The position numbers and the translations under genes were made by a program. The notes under the pieces are model-generated. The model did not search any database. It worked only from the letters and a program-made list of their open reading frames with translations, and was not told the origin of the DNA. Positions 11,175 to 21,100 of a stretch of DNA of 64,000 nt are shown here, piece after piece. This DNA is from a virus (taxonomy: Duplodnaviria > Caudoviricetes), in IMG/VR virus record IMGVR_UViG_3300035703_000043, positions 30,591 through 94,590 of that record; one strand, written 5' to 3'. Numbering within the stretch: the first letter of the stretch is position 1; each line of letters opens with the position of its first letter.

Positions 11175-11187
11175 CTTAAAAACTCTC

Positions 11188-14100
11188 ATGGCAGATAAAA
11201 GTTTCGGTTTAAATCAACTAAATTTTACTGGAATAGCAGGAACTTCATTAATTGAGAGTGGAGATACTCTACAGATCAATTCTCCTTTAGTTTCTGTTAG
11301 CACAGATTTTTCTGTCGGTGGGAAGGTAAACTCAAATATAATTCTCTCAAGTTCTTATTCTATTGGTATTGGTTCTACTCAACCAAAAGAAAAACTTGAT
11401 GTTTTAGGGAATGTAAATGTTTCTGGTTCAGTAACTGCAACATCTTTTGTGGGGTCTGGTACTGATCTCATTGGAGTAGCAAAAAATACAATATCTGCAA
11501 TTGATGAAAATACTTATTATTATCCGGTTTTTACCCCATCGGATGCAAATGCTGGAACTTATTCAACAGTTGTAATACCATCAAATAAACTTGTTTTTAA
11601 CCCATCAGGTTTGTTGGGAATTGGAAGCACATCTCCAAATTATAATTTAGATGTTGTTGGTACTGGAAGATTTACAGGAAATTTAACTGCTTCAAGTTTT
11701 GTAGGTAACTTAACAGGAACAGCAACTAGTCTTTCTGATGCTGCAAATATAACTACAGGAACCATTAGTAGTTCTAGATTATCAGGAAGTTATGGAATCA
11801 GTATAACTGGTACAGCAAATAGTCTTGCTGATGCTGCCAATATTACTACAGGAACTATAAGTTCATCAAGACTTAGTGGTTCTTATGGAATCAGTATAAC
11901 TGGTACAGCAAATAGTCTTGCTGATGCTGCCAATATTACTACAGGAACTATAAGTTCATCAAGACTTAGTGGTTCTTATGGAATCAGTATAACTGGTACA
12001 GCAAATAGTCTTGCTGATGCTGCAAACATAACTACAGGAACCATTAGTAGTTCTAGATTATCAGGAAGTTATGGAATCAGTATAACTGGTACAGCAAATA
12101 GTCTTGCTGATGCTGCAAACATAACTACAGGAACCATTAGTAGTTCTAGATTATCAGGAAGTTATGGAATCAGTATAACTGGTACAGCAACTAGTCTTGC
12201 TGATGCAGCAAACATAACTACAGGAACCATTAGTAGTTCTAGATTATCAGGAAGTTATGGAATCAGTATAACTGGTACAGCAACTAGTCTTGCTGATGCA
12301 GCAAACATAACTACAGGAACTATAAGTTCATCAAGACTTAGTGGTTCTTATGGAATTAGTATAACTGGTACAGCAAATACAGCAACTACGGCAACTGGTG
12401 TATCAACAACAATCAACATCAATACCACAGGAATTGTAACTGCTTCATCTCTAAGAGTTGGGACTAGTGCAACTGAATCGATTGGAATTACTACAAATAT
12501 TATCAGTGGTGGAAATTTATTACTCATAAATCCTGCCACCGTAGGAGTTTCTACAGGAACAGTTAGAATTCTTGGTAACTTGATTGTTGATGGAACAACA
12601 TCCACTACTCAAGAATTAGTATTAACTTCTTCAGATAAACTTATAGCAATTGCAAGTACAATAGGAAATGTTATTGACTTGGATGGGGCTGGAATAGGAA
12701 TTGGTTCCACATCTATAAGAAAATTTATACGATGGAATTATGCATCCAGTTCATTAAAGAGTTCCGAGAATTGGAATTTAGAATCTAATAGAAATTATCA
12801 AATAAATGATTCTATTGTCCTTTCCTCAACAACATTAGGAACTGGTGTAACAATATCCAGTCTTAGAAGTGTCAGTTCTGGAATAATAACAGATAGAACA
12901 GAACTCACTTCTGGGCAAGTATCGGCTAGTGATTATTTGCTAATTTATGATGTAAGTGACCCAACAAACTTGAAGAAAGCAACAATACAAAATGCTGCTC
13001 TTCAAGGTCTTCAGGGCACTCAAGGTACACAAGGAACTCAAGGAACTCAAGGTACACAGGGAACTCAAGGACTTCAAGGAACTCAAGGAACTCAAGGTAC
13101 ACAGGGTACACAAGGAACTCAAGGATCTCAAGGTACTCAAGGAACTCAAGGAACTCAAGGACTTCAGGGTACTCAAGGACTTCAGGGGACTCAAGGTACA
13201 CAGGGAACTCAAGGACTTCAAGGCACTCAAGGTACACAGGGAACTCAAGGACTTCAAGGCACTCAAGGTACACAGGGAACTCAAGGACTTCAAGGCACTC
13301 AAGGTACACAGGGAACTCAAGGACTTCAGGGTACTCAAGGTACACAGGGAACTCAAGGACTTCAGGGTACTCAAGGTACACAGGGAACTCAAGGACTTCA
13401 AGGCACTCAGGGCACTCAAGGTACTCAAGGAACACAAGGTACTCAGGGTCTTCAAGGAACACAAGGAACTCAAGGACCACAAGGACTTCAGGGAAGACAA
13501 GGAACACAGGGAATCGGTGGAAATAATGGTTCTTCTAATTGGACTCCAATTTTAGTTAATGTGTCTCAATCAAGTTCAGACCCATCTATATTCACAAAAA
13601 CTGGTGGAACTGATTCCCAATGGGATTCGTCTGTTTATTCAAAACAGGGGTTTGTTCTTGGTTCTTATGTATCCACAAGAATATCATCAACAAGTGGTAG
13701 TGCCATAGTTGGTTTAGGGACAAATCCATCAGCATCTAGTAATCAAAATTTTGATTACGGCATTTATTTAGATAATGGAGACATTAAATCAATTGAAAAC
13801 GGTTCTGTTACTAATCTTAGTAATACATATATAACTAATGATTTTGTTTCAATTACTTATGATGGTGCAAATATCAGATATTATAAAAATTCATCTTTAT
13901 TGAGAACTGTTGCTCGTGCTGCAGGAAATGCACTATATCTTGATAGTTCAATTTTTTCAAGTGGTCTTGGATTTGAAGACCTTACATTTGGTCCTATGGG
14001 ACCTCAGGGAACTCAAGGTCTTCAGGGTACACAAGGAACTCAAGGTCTCCAAGGCACACAAGGAACTCAAGGCACTCAAGGCACTCAAGGTCTTCAAGGC

Positions 14101-16008
14101 ACACAAGGAACTCAAGGCACTCAAGGTCTTCAAGGAACTCAAGGAACTCAAGGCACTCAAGGTCTTCAAGGTACTCAAGGAACTCAAGGCACTCAAGGTC
14201 TTCAAGGTACTCAAGGAACTCAAGGTCTTCAAGGAACTCAAGGAACTCAAGGCACTCAAGGACTTCAAGGCACTCAAGGTACACAGGGAACTCAAGGACT
14301 TCAAGGCACTCAAGGTACACAGGGAACTCAAGGACTTCAAGGTACTCAAGGTACACAAGGAACCCAAGGTCTTCAGGGTACACAAGGAACTCAAGGTCTT
14401 CAGGGTACACAAGGAACTCAAGGTCTTCAGGGAACTCAAGGCACTCAAGGTCTCCAAGGCACACAAGGAACTCAAGGCACTCAAGGTCTCCAAGGCACAC
14501 AAGGAACTCAAGGCACTCAAGGTCTTCAAGGCACACAAGGAACTCAAGGCACTCAAGGTCTTCAAGGAACTCAAGGGACTCAAGGAACCCAAGGTCTTCA
14601 AGGTACTCAAGGTACACAAGGAACCCAAGGTCTTCAAGGTACTCAAGGAACTCAAGGCACTCAAGGTCTTCAAGGTACTCAAGGTACACAAGGAACCCAA
14701 GGTCTTCAAGGTACTCAAGGTACACAAGGAACCCAAGGTCTTCAAGGTACTCAAGGAACTCAAGGTCTCCAAGGCACACAAGGAACTCAAGGCACTCAAG
14801 GTACACAGGGAACTCAAGGTCTTCAAGGTACTCAAGGTACACAAGGAACCCAAGGTCTTCAAGGTACTCAAGGAACTCAAGGAACTCAAGGAACTCAAGG
14901 TCTTACTGGCCCAGTAGCAGGTTCTGCAAATCAAGTTGTTTATAAAGATTCCTCCAATACAGTAACTGGGTCAAGTAGTTTAACTTATACTGGTCCAACT
15001 GGATCTGGAATTGGAACATTAGGAATTGGAACAGTTATTACTATTAAGCACAATGATACTTTAAATTCCGGGACTTTAATCTTTGAAGGTTCTGCAGGAC
15101 AATTATTTACAATTACAAATAATCTTACCAGTGGTTCTATATTCTCTGTATCCGATTCTTCTGGTATTCCAAGTATTGATGTAAATGCAGATGATACCGT
15201 TTTATTAGCACCTTATAATGGCAATGTTGGTATAGGAACCACAATTCCAAGAGCAACTTTAACTGTAGTACCAACAACAACAAGTATTGCTGGACTCTTT
15301 TCTGGAACCACATCAAGTGATATGGTTCGTATCACTCAAACTGGAACTGGTAATGCTCTTGTAGTCGAAGATGAAACAAATCCAGATTCAACTCCTTTTG
15401 TCGTCAAAGCAAATGGTAGTATTGGTATAGGGACCACAAATCCACAGTACATTTTAGACATTATAGTTGCTCCTGGTAATTATGCTCGTATACCTGTATT
15501 AAATACTTTACTACTAAATTCTCCGACTGGTGATTTATATCTTGAAGGCACTGGTATTAAGGCTGACGGTAATATTACTGTAGATGGATCTGTTGGAATA
15601 GGAACCACAAATCCAACCTCAAAACTTTTTGTAGATGGTGAAATAAGAGCGACAGGAAATGTTATTGCTTACTATTCATCAGATATTAAACTAAAAAACA
15701 ATATTGAAAATATAAAAAATCCAATCAAAAAACTGATGCAAATAAATGGAGTTGAATTTGATTGGACCGATGAATATATTCAAAATAAAGGAGGAGTTGA
15801 TGGTTATTTCATAAGAAAACATGATATTGGTGTCATTGCTCAAGAAATAGAAAAAGTTCTTCCTGAAGCAGTGGCAACAAGAAATGATGGTGAAAAAGCA
15901 GTGAAGTACGAATTGATTGTCGCATTGTTGATTGAAGCAATTAAAGAGCAACAGGGTGAAATAAATAATCTCAAAGAAAAGATGCTTCAATTATCGGAGA
16001 AAATTTAA
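11188..16008 (+). CDS. Long tail fibre with 31-aa repeats, two collagen-like segments and a C-terminal peptidase S74 intramolecular chaperone
   Basis: G-T-Q/G-L-Q tracts; C-terminal YYSSDIKLKNNI...GVIAQEIEKVLPEAV...LLIEAIKE is the S74 signature. Confidence 0.88.
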   Translation: MADKSFGLNQLNFTGIAGTSLIESGDTLQINSPLVSVSTDFSVGGKVNSNIILSSSYSIGIGSTQPKEKLDVLGNVNVSGSVTATSFVGSGTDLIGVAKNTISAIDENTYYYPVFTPSDANAGTYSTVVIPSNKLVFNPSGLLGIGSTSPNYNLDVVGTGRFTGNLTASSFVGNLTGTATSLSDAANITTGTISSSRLSGSYGISITGTANSLADAANITTGTISSSRLSGSYGISITGTANSLADAANITTGTISSSRLSGSYGISITGTANSLADAANITTGTISSSRLSGSYGISITGTANSLADAANITTGTISSSRLSGSYGISITGTATSLADAANITTGTISSSRLSGSYGISITGTATSLADAANITTGTISSSRLSGSYGISITGTANTATTATGVSTTININTTGIVTASSLRVGTSATESIGITTNIISGGNLLLINPATVGVSTGTVRILGNLIVDGTTSTTQELVLTSSDKLIAIASTIGNVIDLDGAGIGIGSTSIRKFIRWNYASSSLKSSENWNLESNRNYQINDSIVLSSTTLGTGVTISSLRSVSSGIITDRTELTSGQVSASDYLLIYDVSDPTNLKKATIQNAALQGLQGTQGTQGTQGTQGTQGTQGLQGTQGTQGTQGTQGTQGSQGTQGTQGTQGLQGTQGLQGTQGTQGTQGLQGTQGTQGTQGLQGTQGTQGTQGLQGTQGTQGTQGLQGTQGTQGTQGLQGTQGTQGTQGLQGTQGTQGTQGTQGTQGLQGTQGTQGPQGLQGRQGTQGIGGNNGSSNWTPILVNVSQSSSDPSIFTKTGGTDSQWDSSVYSKQGFVLGSYVSTRISSTSGSAIVGLGTNPSASSNQNFDYGIYLDNGDIKSIENGSVTNLSNTYITNDFVSITYDGANIRYYKNSSLLRTVARAAGNALYLDSSIFSSGLGFEDLTFGPMGPQGTQGLQGTQGTQGLQGTQGTQGTQGTQGLQGTQGTQGTQGLQGTQGTQGTQGLQGTQGTQGTQGLQGTQGTQGLQGTQGTQGTQGLQGTQGTQGTQGLQGTQGTQGTQGLQGTQGTQGTQGLQGTQGTQGLQGTQGTQGLQGTQGTQGLQGTQGTQGTQGLQGTQGTQGTQGLQGTQGTQGTQGLQGTQGTQGTQGLQGTQGTQGTQGLQGTQGTQGTQGLQGTQGTQGTQGLQGTQGTQGTQGLQGTQGTQGLQGTQGTQGTQGTQGTQGLQGTQGTQGTQGLQGTQGTQGTQGTQGLTGPVAGSANQVVYKDSSNTVTGSSSLTYTGPTGSGIGTLGIGTVITIKHNDTLNSGTLIFEGSAGQLFTITNNLTSGSIFSVSDSSGIPSIDVNADDTVLLAPYNGNVGIGTTIPRATLTVVPTTTSIAGLFSGTTSSDMVRITQTGTGNALVVEDETNPDSTPFVVKANGSIGIGTTNPQYILDIIVAPGNYARIPVLNTLLLNSPTGDLYLEGTGIKADGNITVDGSVGIGTTNPTSKLFVDGEIRATGNVIAYYSSDIKLKNNIENIKNPIKKLMQINGVEFDWTDEYIQNKGGVDGYFIRKHDIGVIAQEIEKVLPEAVATRNDGEKAVKYELIVALLIEAIKEQQGEINNLKEKMLQLSEKI
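11728..12378 (+). repeat. Seven tandem 93-nt (31-aa) repeats SLADAANITTGTISSSRLSGSYGISITGTA(N/T)
   Basis: Units start at 11728, 11821, 11914, 12007, 12100, 12193 and 12286. Confidence 0.95.
13003..13518 (+). repeat. Collagen-like 9-nt repeat tract (G-T-Q/G-L-Q)
   Basis: caaggtact/caaggaact/caaggactt arrays. Confidence 0.95.
14000..14913 (+). repeat. Collagen-like 9-nt repeat tract (G-T-Q/G-L-Q)
   Basis: Uninterrupted Gly-X-Y triplets. Confidence 0.95.
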
Positions 16009-16334
16009 TGAATAATATAGAATACTCTTGGAAAATAAATTCTTTAAATAAAAAGAATACAGAATTGCATAATGATGTAATTTATAATGTAGTCTGGACA
16101 AGAAGTGGATTGGATTTAGAAACCAATATTGCAACCTCAGTGACTTCCAGTTTACAACTTGAAATACCAATTGAATCTGAAGTATTTGTTCCTTACTCAA
16201 ATTTATCAGAAAATATAATTATTGAATGGATTCTGAGTAAAATTGATATTGAAAAAGTTGAAGAAAATATTCAAAAACAAATTGAATATAATAACTCATT
16301 AGTTGTTGAATCTCAATTTCCCTGGAACTTATAA
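16008..16334 (+). CDS. Small protein following the S74 fibre (putative fibre assembly/accessory protein)
   Basis: YSWKI...VVW...FVPYSNLSENIIIEW...PW pattern; translationally coupled to the fibre gene. Confidence 0.55.
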   Translation: MNNIEYSWKINSLNKKNTELHNDVIYNVVWTRSGLDLETNIATSVTSSLQLEIPIESEVFVPYSNLSENIIIEWILSKIDIEKVEENIQKQIEYNNSLVVESQFPWNL

Positions 16335-16336
16335 AT

Positions 16337-16846
16337 ATGGTTCTCCCCATTTCCGGTCAAATTAGTTTGCTATCTCTTCAAAATGAATTTGGAGGATCAA
16401 ACCCAATTGGAATGGATGAGTATTATGGAAGTGGGGGTGCTCCTGGTTCTGGTCAAATTGGAATTAATACTTTTTATGGTCGGTTTGCAAATTGGACCGA
16501 GTATATGATGGGCAATGGTATTAGTATAAATTCTTATTCAGGAAACATTGTAGTTCCTGGTTCATCCCGTAGTCCAACAGTTTTTACTATTAATTTTAAC
16601 AGAACTACAACAGATTTTACGGGGACTTTAAGTATCTATGTAAATGAAGTTTTGAATTCTACTTACAGCAATGGTGCGATTGGAAATATAAACGTAGCGA
16701 ACCCAAGTATAAGTTTTGGGAGTTCCAATATAAGATTTTCTTCTATAATAATAGATACAAATCAAAACAACGATACACCATCAGAGTGGAAAGTTTCTGT
16801 CGGTAGCACTTTAGTATATTATCATTCTTATGATAATAATACATAA
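16337..16846 (+). CDS. Putative fibre-tip adhesin-like protein
   Basis: N-terminus LPISGQISL..LQNEFGGSNPIGMDEYYG..APGSGQI...FYG is typical of small proteins encoded after S74 fibres; beta-rich C-terminus. Confidence 0.5.
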   Translation: MVLPISGQISLLSLQNEFGGSNPIGMDEYYGSGGAPGSGQIGINTFYGRFANWTEYMMGNGISINSYSGNIVVPGSSRSPTVFTINFNRTTTDFTGTLSIYVNEVLNSTYSNGAIGNINVANPSISFGSSNIRFSSIIIDTNQNNDTPSEWKVSVGSTLVYYHSYDNNT

Positions 16847-17558
16847 TAATTTGAACATACATTATCAAAAAAAAGTTTTAGATTCAATAAATCAAATATC
16901 AGAAGAATATAGTTATTTTTTATCTACTGATGAGCACCCAAAGATGTCTCTTATTGGAGATGTTTCCTCTGATTTAAAATATATTTTCCCAAGTCCATTC
17001 AGTAAAGAAGAATTATATGAAAATTTGTTTAAGCAGTTTGAAATACAATATTCGTTGATAGATAAATCAAAAAACCCATATCTGAAATTCAACTTCAAAA
17101 AAGAAAAAAAATTAACTTTTACTACTGGTTATGGAATTATAGTTTCAAATAGTAATCTATTAGTTTTAGATGTTGATAATCAATATCAACTTGAAGAGAT
17201 GAAATCAATATGCCCAAATATTATAACCAATTGTAAATTCAAAAGAATAAACACTGATAATCAGAATAGACTTCATTTATATTATAAAAAACCTAAAGAT
17301 TTTAATCCTTCTGAAAAAATTAGAAGAATTAATTTAAAAAAGACAAATTTGTGGGTGTGTGGAATGAATTGTACTAAAGATTTGATATTTGGATTAGACA
17401 CTGCACATTTTTTTCGTAATCCATATTTTAATTATGAGTTAGTTGGACATATGGACGATATAACTGAGTGTCCATCGGAAATTATTCATAGAATTATTGA
17501 AAGTGAAAAACGATACGATTATTTTCACAGCAATAGTAGGGGCAAAATTACCACTTGA
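16830..17558 (+). CDS. Prim-Pol (bifunctional primase/polymerase N-terminal)-like protein
   Basis: GYGI...LLVLDVD and RLHLYYKKP resemble AEP motifs I and II; very AT-rich. Confidence 0.5.
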   Translation: MIIIHNNLNIHYQKKVLDSINQISEEYSYFLSTDEHPKMSLIGDVSSDLKYIFPSPFSKEELYENLFKQFEIQYSLIDKSKNPYLKFNFKKEKKLTFTTGYGIIVSNSNLLVLDVDNQYQLEEMKSICPNIITNCKFKRINTDNQNRLHLYYKKPKDFNPSEKIRRINLKKTNLWVCGMNCTKDLIFGLDTAHFFRNPYFNYELVGHMDDITECPSEIIHRIIESEKRYDYFHSNSRGKITT

Positions 17559-17583
17559 CAACCAAAAGTTTTTGTGCTATGAT
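17555..17583 (+). promoter_or_regulatory. Sigma70-type early promoter TTGACA-17-TATGAT with extended -10 TG
   Basis: ttgaca accaaaagtttttgtgc tatgat. Confidence 0.75.
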
Positions 17584-17608
17584 AGTAGAGACCCAATATT
17601 ACTACAAA

Positions 17609-17782
17609 ATGCAAATTAGTCGTGAAACTCTTCGTGAACTTCAGGGAATGCAGGAGGACGTTGCATCTCATTTTACAGAAGAATTTTTTCCTATTAGTGG
17701 AGAAACTTATTGGACTTGTGTTCAGTGTCTTGCAGAAGCAAAATTGGCAGAGCTTCGTGGTGAATTGATTTATGCTAATTGA
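17609..17782 (+). CDS. Hypothetical acidic 57-aa protein
   Basis: ATG 17609 lies downstream of the promoter; the track's TTG start at 17555 is the -35 box. Confidence 0.65.
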   Translation: MQISRETLRELQGMQEDVASHFTEEFFPISGETYWTCVQCLAEAKLAELRGELIYAN

Positions 17783-17812
17783 GTTCTAAATAAAGAAAAT
17801 CAGGTTCGTTCT

Positions 17813-18085
17813 ATGAAATACCGCATAGACACTACTTACTGTTGGTATAATGGTGGAAAAGAAATAGTGTTTATGTATTTTATAAATGGCATTCCATTTA
17901 CATTTGATGAGTTACCTCACACTGGAATGTACACAACAGAAATAGTAGAACACGCAAATAGTGAACTGTCATATGAACCTGAAGATTTATATCAAGCATC
18001 TTATTATTTGATGCTTGAAGAATGTCATCCACTGATGTTTGAATTGGAATTAGAAAACCCAGAATTACTTCCTTGCGATGACTAA
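17813..18085 (+). CDS. Conserved hypothetical phage protein
   Basis: YCWY...MYFINGIPFTFDE...YLMLEECHPL; preceded by a CTAAATA late-promoter-like motif. Confidence 0.7.
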   Translation: MKYRIDTTYCWYNGGKEIVFMYFINGIPFTFDELPHTGMYTTEIVEHANSELSYEPEDLYQASYYLMLEECHPLMFELELENPELLPCDD

Positions 18086-18093
18086 AACCAAAA

Positions 18094-18120
18094 TTGACCT
18101 TTAATTACAAAAAGGGTCAA
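18094..18120 (+). other. Intergenic inverted repeat TTGACCTTT...AAGGGTCAA
   Basis: Imperfect hairpin flanked by A/T tracts; possible terminator or regulatory site. Confidence 0.45.
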
Positions 18121-18158
18121 AAAAATTTCCCGCAAAATTTTTTAGTGTAAGGTTTTTG

Positions 18159-18166
18159 ACTAAATA
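18159..18166 (+). promoter_or_regulatory. Late promoter ACTAAATA
   Basis: 30 nt upstream of ATG 18197. Confidence 0.6.
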
Positions 18167-18196
18167 CAACTATAAAAGATTTATAGTGCTAATAAA

Positions 18197-21100
18197 ATGC
18201 CTCTGTCAAGATTAGAGAATTTTTTAAAGAACGCTGAAGGAAATATTCTTTACGTAAATCCTTCAGATTTTGATGCTACAGATAGTTATGAGAATCAAGG
18301 TAATTCTCTAACTCGTCCATTCAAAACAATTCAAAGAGCATTAATAGAAGCAGCAAGATTTTCGTATCAAAGTGGAAAAAATAACGACAGAATTGATAGA
18401 ACTACTATATTAGTTTATCCAGGAACTCACTATATTGATAATAGACCTGGATTTTCAATCTCAAAACAAGGGTCAAATGCTGTTTATAAAAAAAGAACAG
18501 GTACATCAACTTGGACTGAGGTTACTTTACCAGAATTAAATGAAAATACAAATTATAATATTTTAGACACAAATAACGATTTATATAAATTTAACTCAGT
18601 TCTTGGTGGTACAATTCTTCCCCGTGGAACTTCAATTATTGGATATGATTTAAGAAAAACAAAAATTCGTCCTCTATATGTACCAAATCCAGAGGATTCA
18701 ACTGTTGATAATACAAGCATTTTTAATGTAACTGGTACTTGTTACTTTAGTACCTTTACATTTTTAGATGCCGATTCTACAAAAACAGTATTCAGAGATT
18801 ATACTGACAATCGTTTTGTTCCTAATTTTTCACACCATAAAGTAGTTTCGTTCGCTTATGCAGATGGTGTGAATAAAGTTGCTCTTGGGACAGAGCAGAC
18901 TGATTTGACTGACCTTGATATGTATTATTACAAGGTCGCAAGAGCATATGGAGATATTACAGGAAGAGGAATTGTTGATTATCCATCTCTGAACGATTTT
19001 GAACCATCTAAAGATGAATTTAGAATTGTTGGTGAGTTGCAAGCAAATCCACTTGGTATTTCAAGCATTAGTGGTGGTGATGGAATTACTAAGGCAACAA
19101 ATGTAATTACAGTTACGACAAAAAATATTCAGACTGGAGAGGAAATTCCTCATGGACTTTTTGTAGATAGTCCTGTTTTAATTTCTGGAATTACTACAGA
19201 TGCTTCTGCATTTAATGGTTCCTTTACAGTTAGAGAAGTTGTTGGAGTATCAACTTTCACATACACTTCAACATCCTCACCATCAAATCAGAACCCACAA
19301 GTCGCAGATTATGAGTCGGGAATCGTAACAATTGAAGCAGATAGTGTAAGTTCTGCATCACCTTATGTCTTTAACTGCTCAATTCGTTCTGCATATGGAT
19401 TATGTGGAATGTGGGCAGATGGAAATAAGGCAGATGGTTTCAAGAGTATGGTTGTTGCCCAATTTACTGGGGTTTCACTTCAAAAAGATGATAATGCATT
19501 TATTATCTTCAATAAAACCACAGGAAAATATGAAGGAAATGATGTCTTAGCATTAACAAGTAATGAAAGACCATTGCACACAAATGGAAATGCAATTTAT
19601 AAACCAGATTATGAAAGTTATCACATTCGTGTTTCAAATAATGGTTTCGTTCAATGCGTTTCCATCTTTGCAATTGGATTCGCAAAACACTTTATAACTG
19701 AATCGGGTGGTGATATGAGTATCACCAACTCTAACTCAAACTTCGGTGCAATTTCACTTGAATCTGTTGGTTATAGGAATGAGTCATTTGATAGGGATGA
19801 TGTAGGTTATATTACTCATATCATACCACCAAAAGAAATAGATGCACCAGAAAGTAATATCAATTGGCTTTCTTTTGATGTTCAAAAAACTATATCTGTA
19901 GGAGTAACAGAAAAATTATATCTTTATAATTATAAAAACAAAGAAGTTTCACCATCAAAGGACGTAGATGGTTTTAAGATTGGTGCAAAAACAAATGATT
20001 CTTTAAATCTTAATATTGTTATAGGAACTGCTCAAACAGTTTATACTTCACCAATATTAATGCCAGTTAGTGTTGGGATTGGAGTTACGGCAAGAAAAAC
20101 ATATACTATAGCAAGGTCTGGCAATTTAAATCAAATTTCAAATAATGTTTTAACTTTATCATCTAACCATCAATTAATTAATGGTGAAAGTGTTAGAATT
20201 TTCTCAGATACTGGGGAAGTTCCAAATGGTCTGACTGTGAATACAGTTGCTTATGCAATTACAACTGGGTTAGCAGCAAATCAAGTTAAACTCGCATACT
20301 CATTGAATGATGCAATTGCACAAAATGAAATCAAAGGAATTAATGATAGAGGTGGCATTCTTACCCTTGTAAGTTCTGTAACAGATAAAAAACCAGGAGA
20401 AATTGGAAGTCCAATTCAATATGATGATGCAAACGGACAATGGTATGTATTGAGTAGTAATGATTCAAATAATAAAATATACTCTGCAATTGTTGGTTTT
20501 GGAACAACTTCATTAGGAAATGAGTCATCTTCAACTTACGTAAAACGTAAATTAGATAATCGTTCAATACAAGATAGAATTTATAGATTAAGGTATGTAG
20601 TTCCTAAAGAGTATACAAACGCAAGACCACCACAAGCTGGATTTGTACTACAAGAGTCTAAGACTGTTGGAATTAGTCCAATTTCTTTTGATTATACACA
20701 ATCTATTACTGAGCAAACTCCACCAGCATATCTAAGAAATGAAAAGATAATTAAAAATGCTACCGTTGGTGCTGTTTCTGGTGGTAAACAAACCGTAACT
20801 ATTACCACCGAAAAACCTCACAAGTTTTTTGTTGGAGATAAAGTTAAAATTCAAAGAATCAAAAGTGAAAATAATTCTTCTGCAACTGGAATTACTTCAA
20901 CATATAATGGTTCTTATTTTATTACTTCTGTACCGAGTTCCAAAACGTTTACATATGAAATTTCTGGTGTAAAAATCAATCCAGGGGCATTTACTAATCA
21001 AATTGATGAACGTGATACAAGTCAAGAAAGAAGTCAAATTCCTTTGGCATCCAGAGAAGAATATAAAAATGATTTTTATATCTATAGAGTAGATACAATT

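Noticed and set aside
12926-14934. Long alternative-frame ORFs (KVLKEL, LEYLE, STLSSL) over the collagen tracts
   Set aside because: The 9-nt repeat lacks stop codons in five of six frames; these are shadows of the G-T-Q frame
16330-16337. Consensus TATAAATA late promoter
   Set aside because: Formed by a stop codon and the next ATG; a transcript would start inside 16337..16846, so function is doubtful
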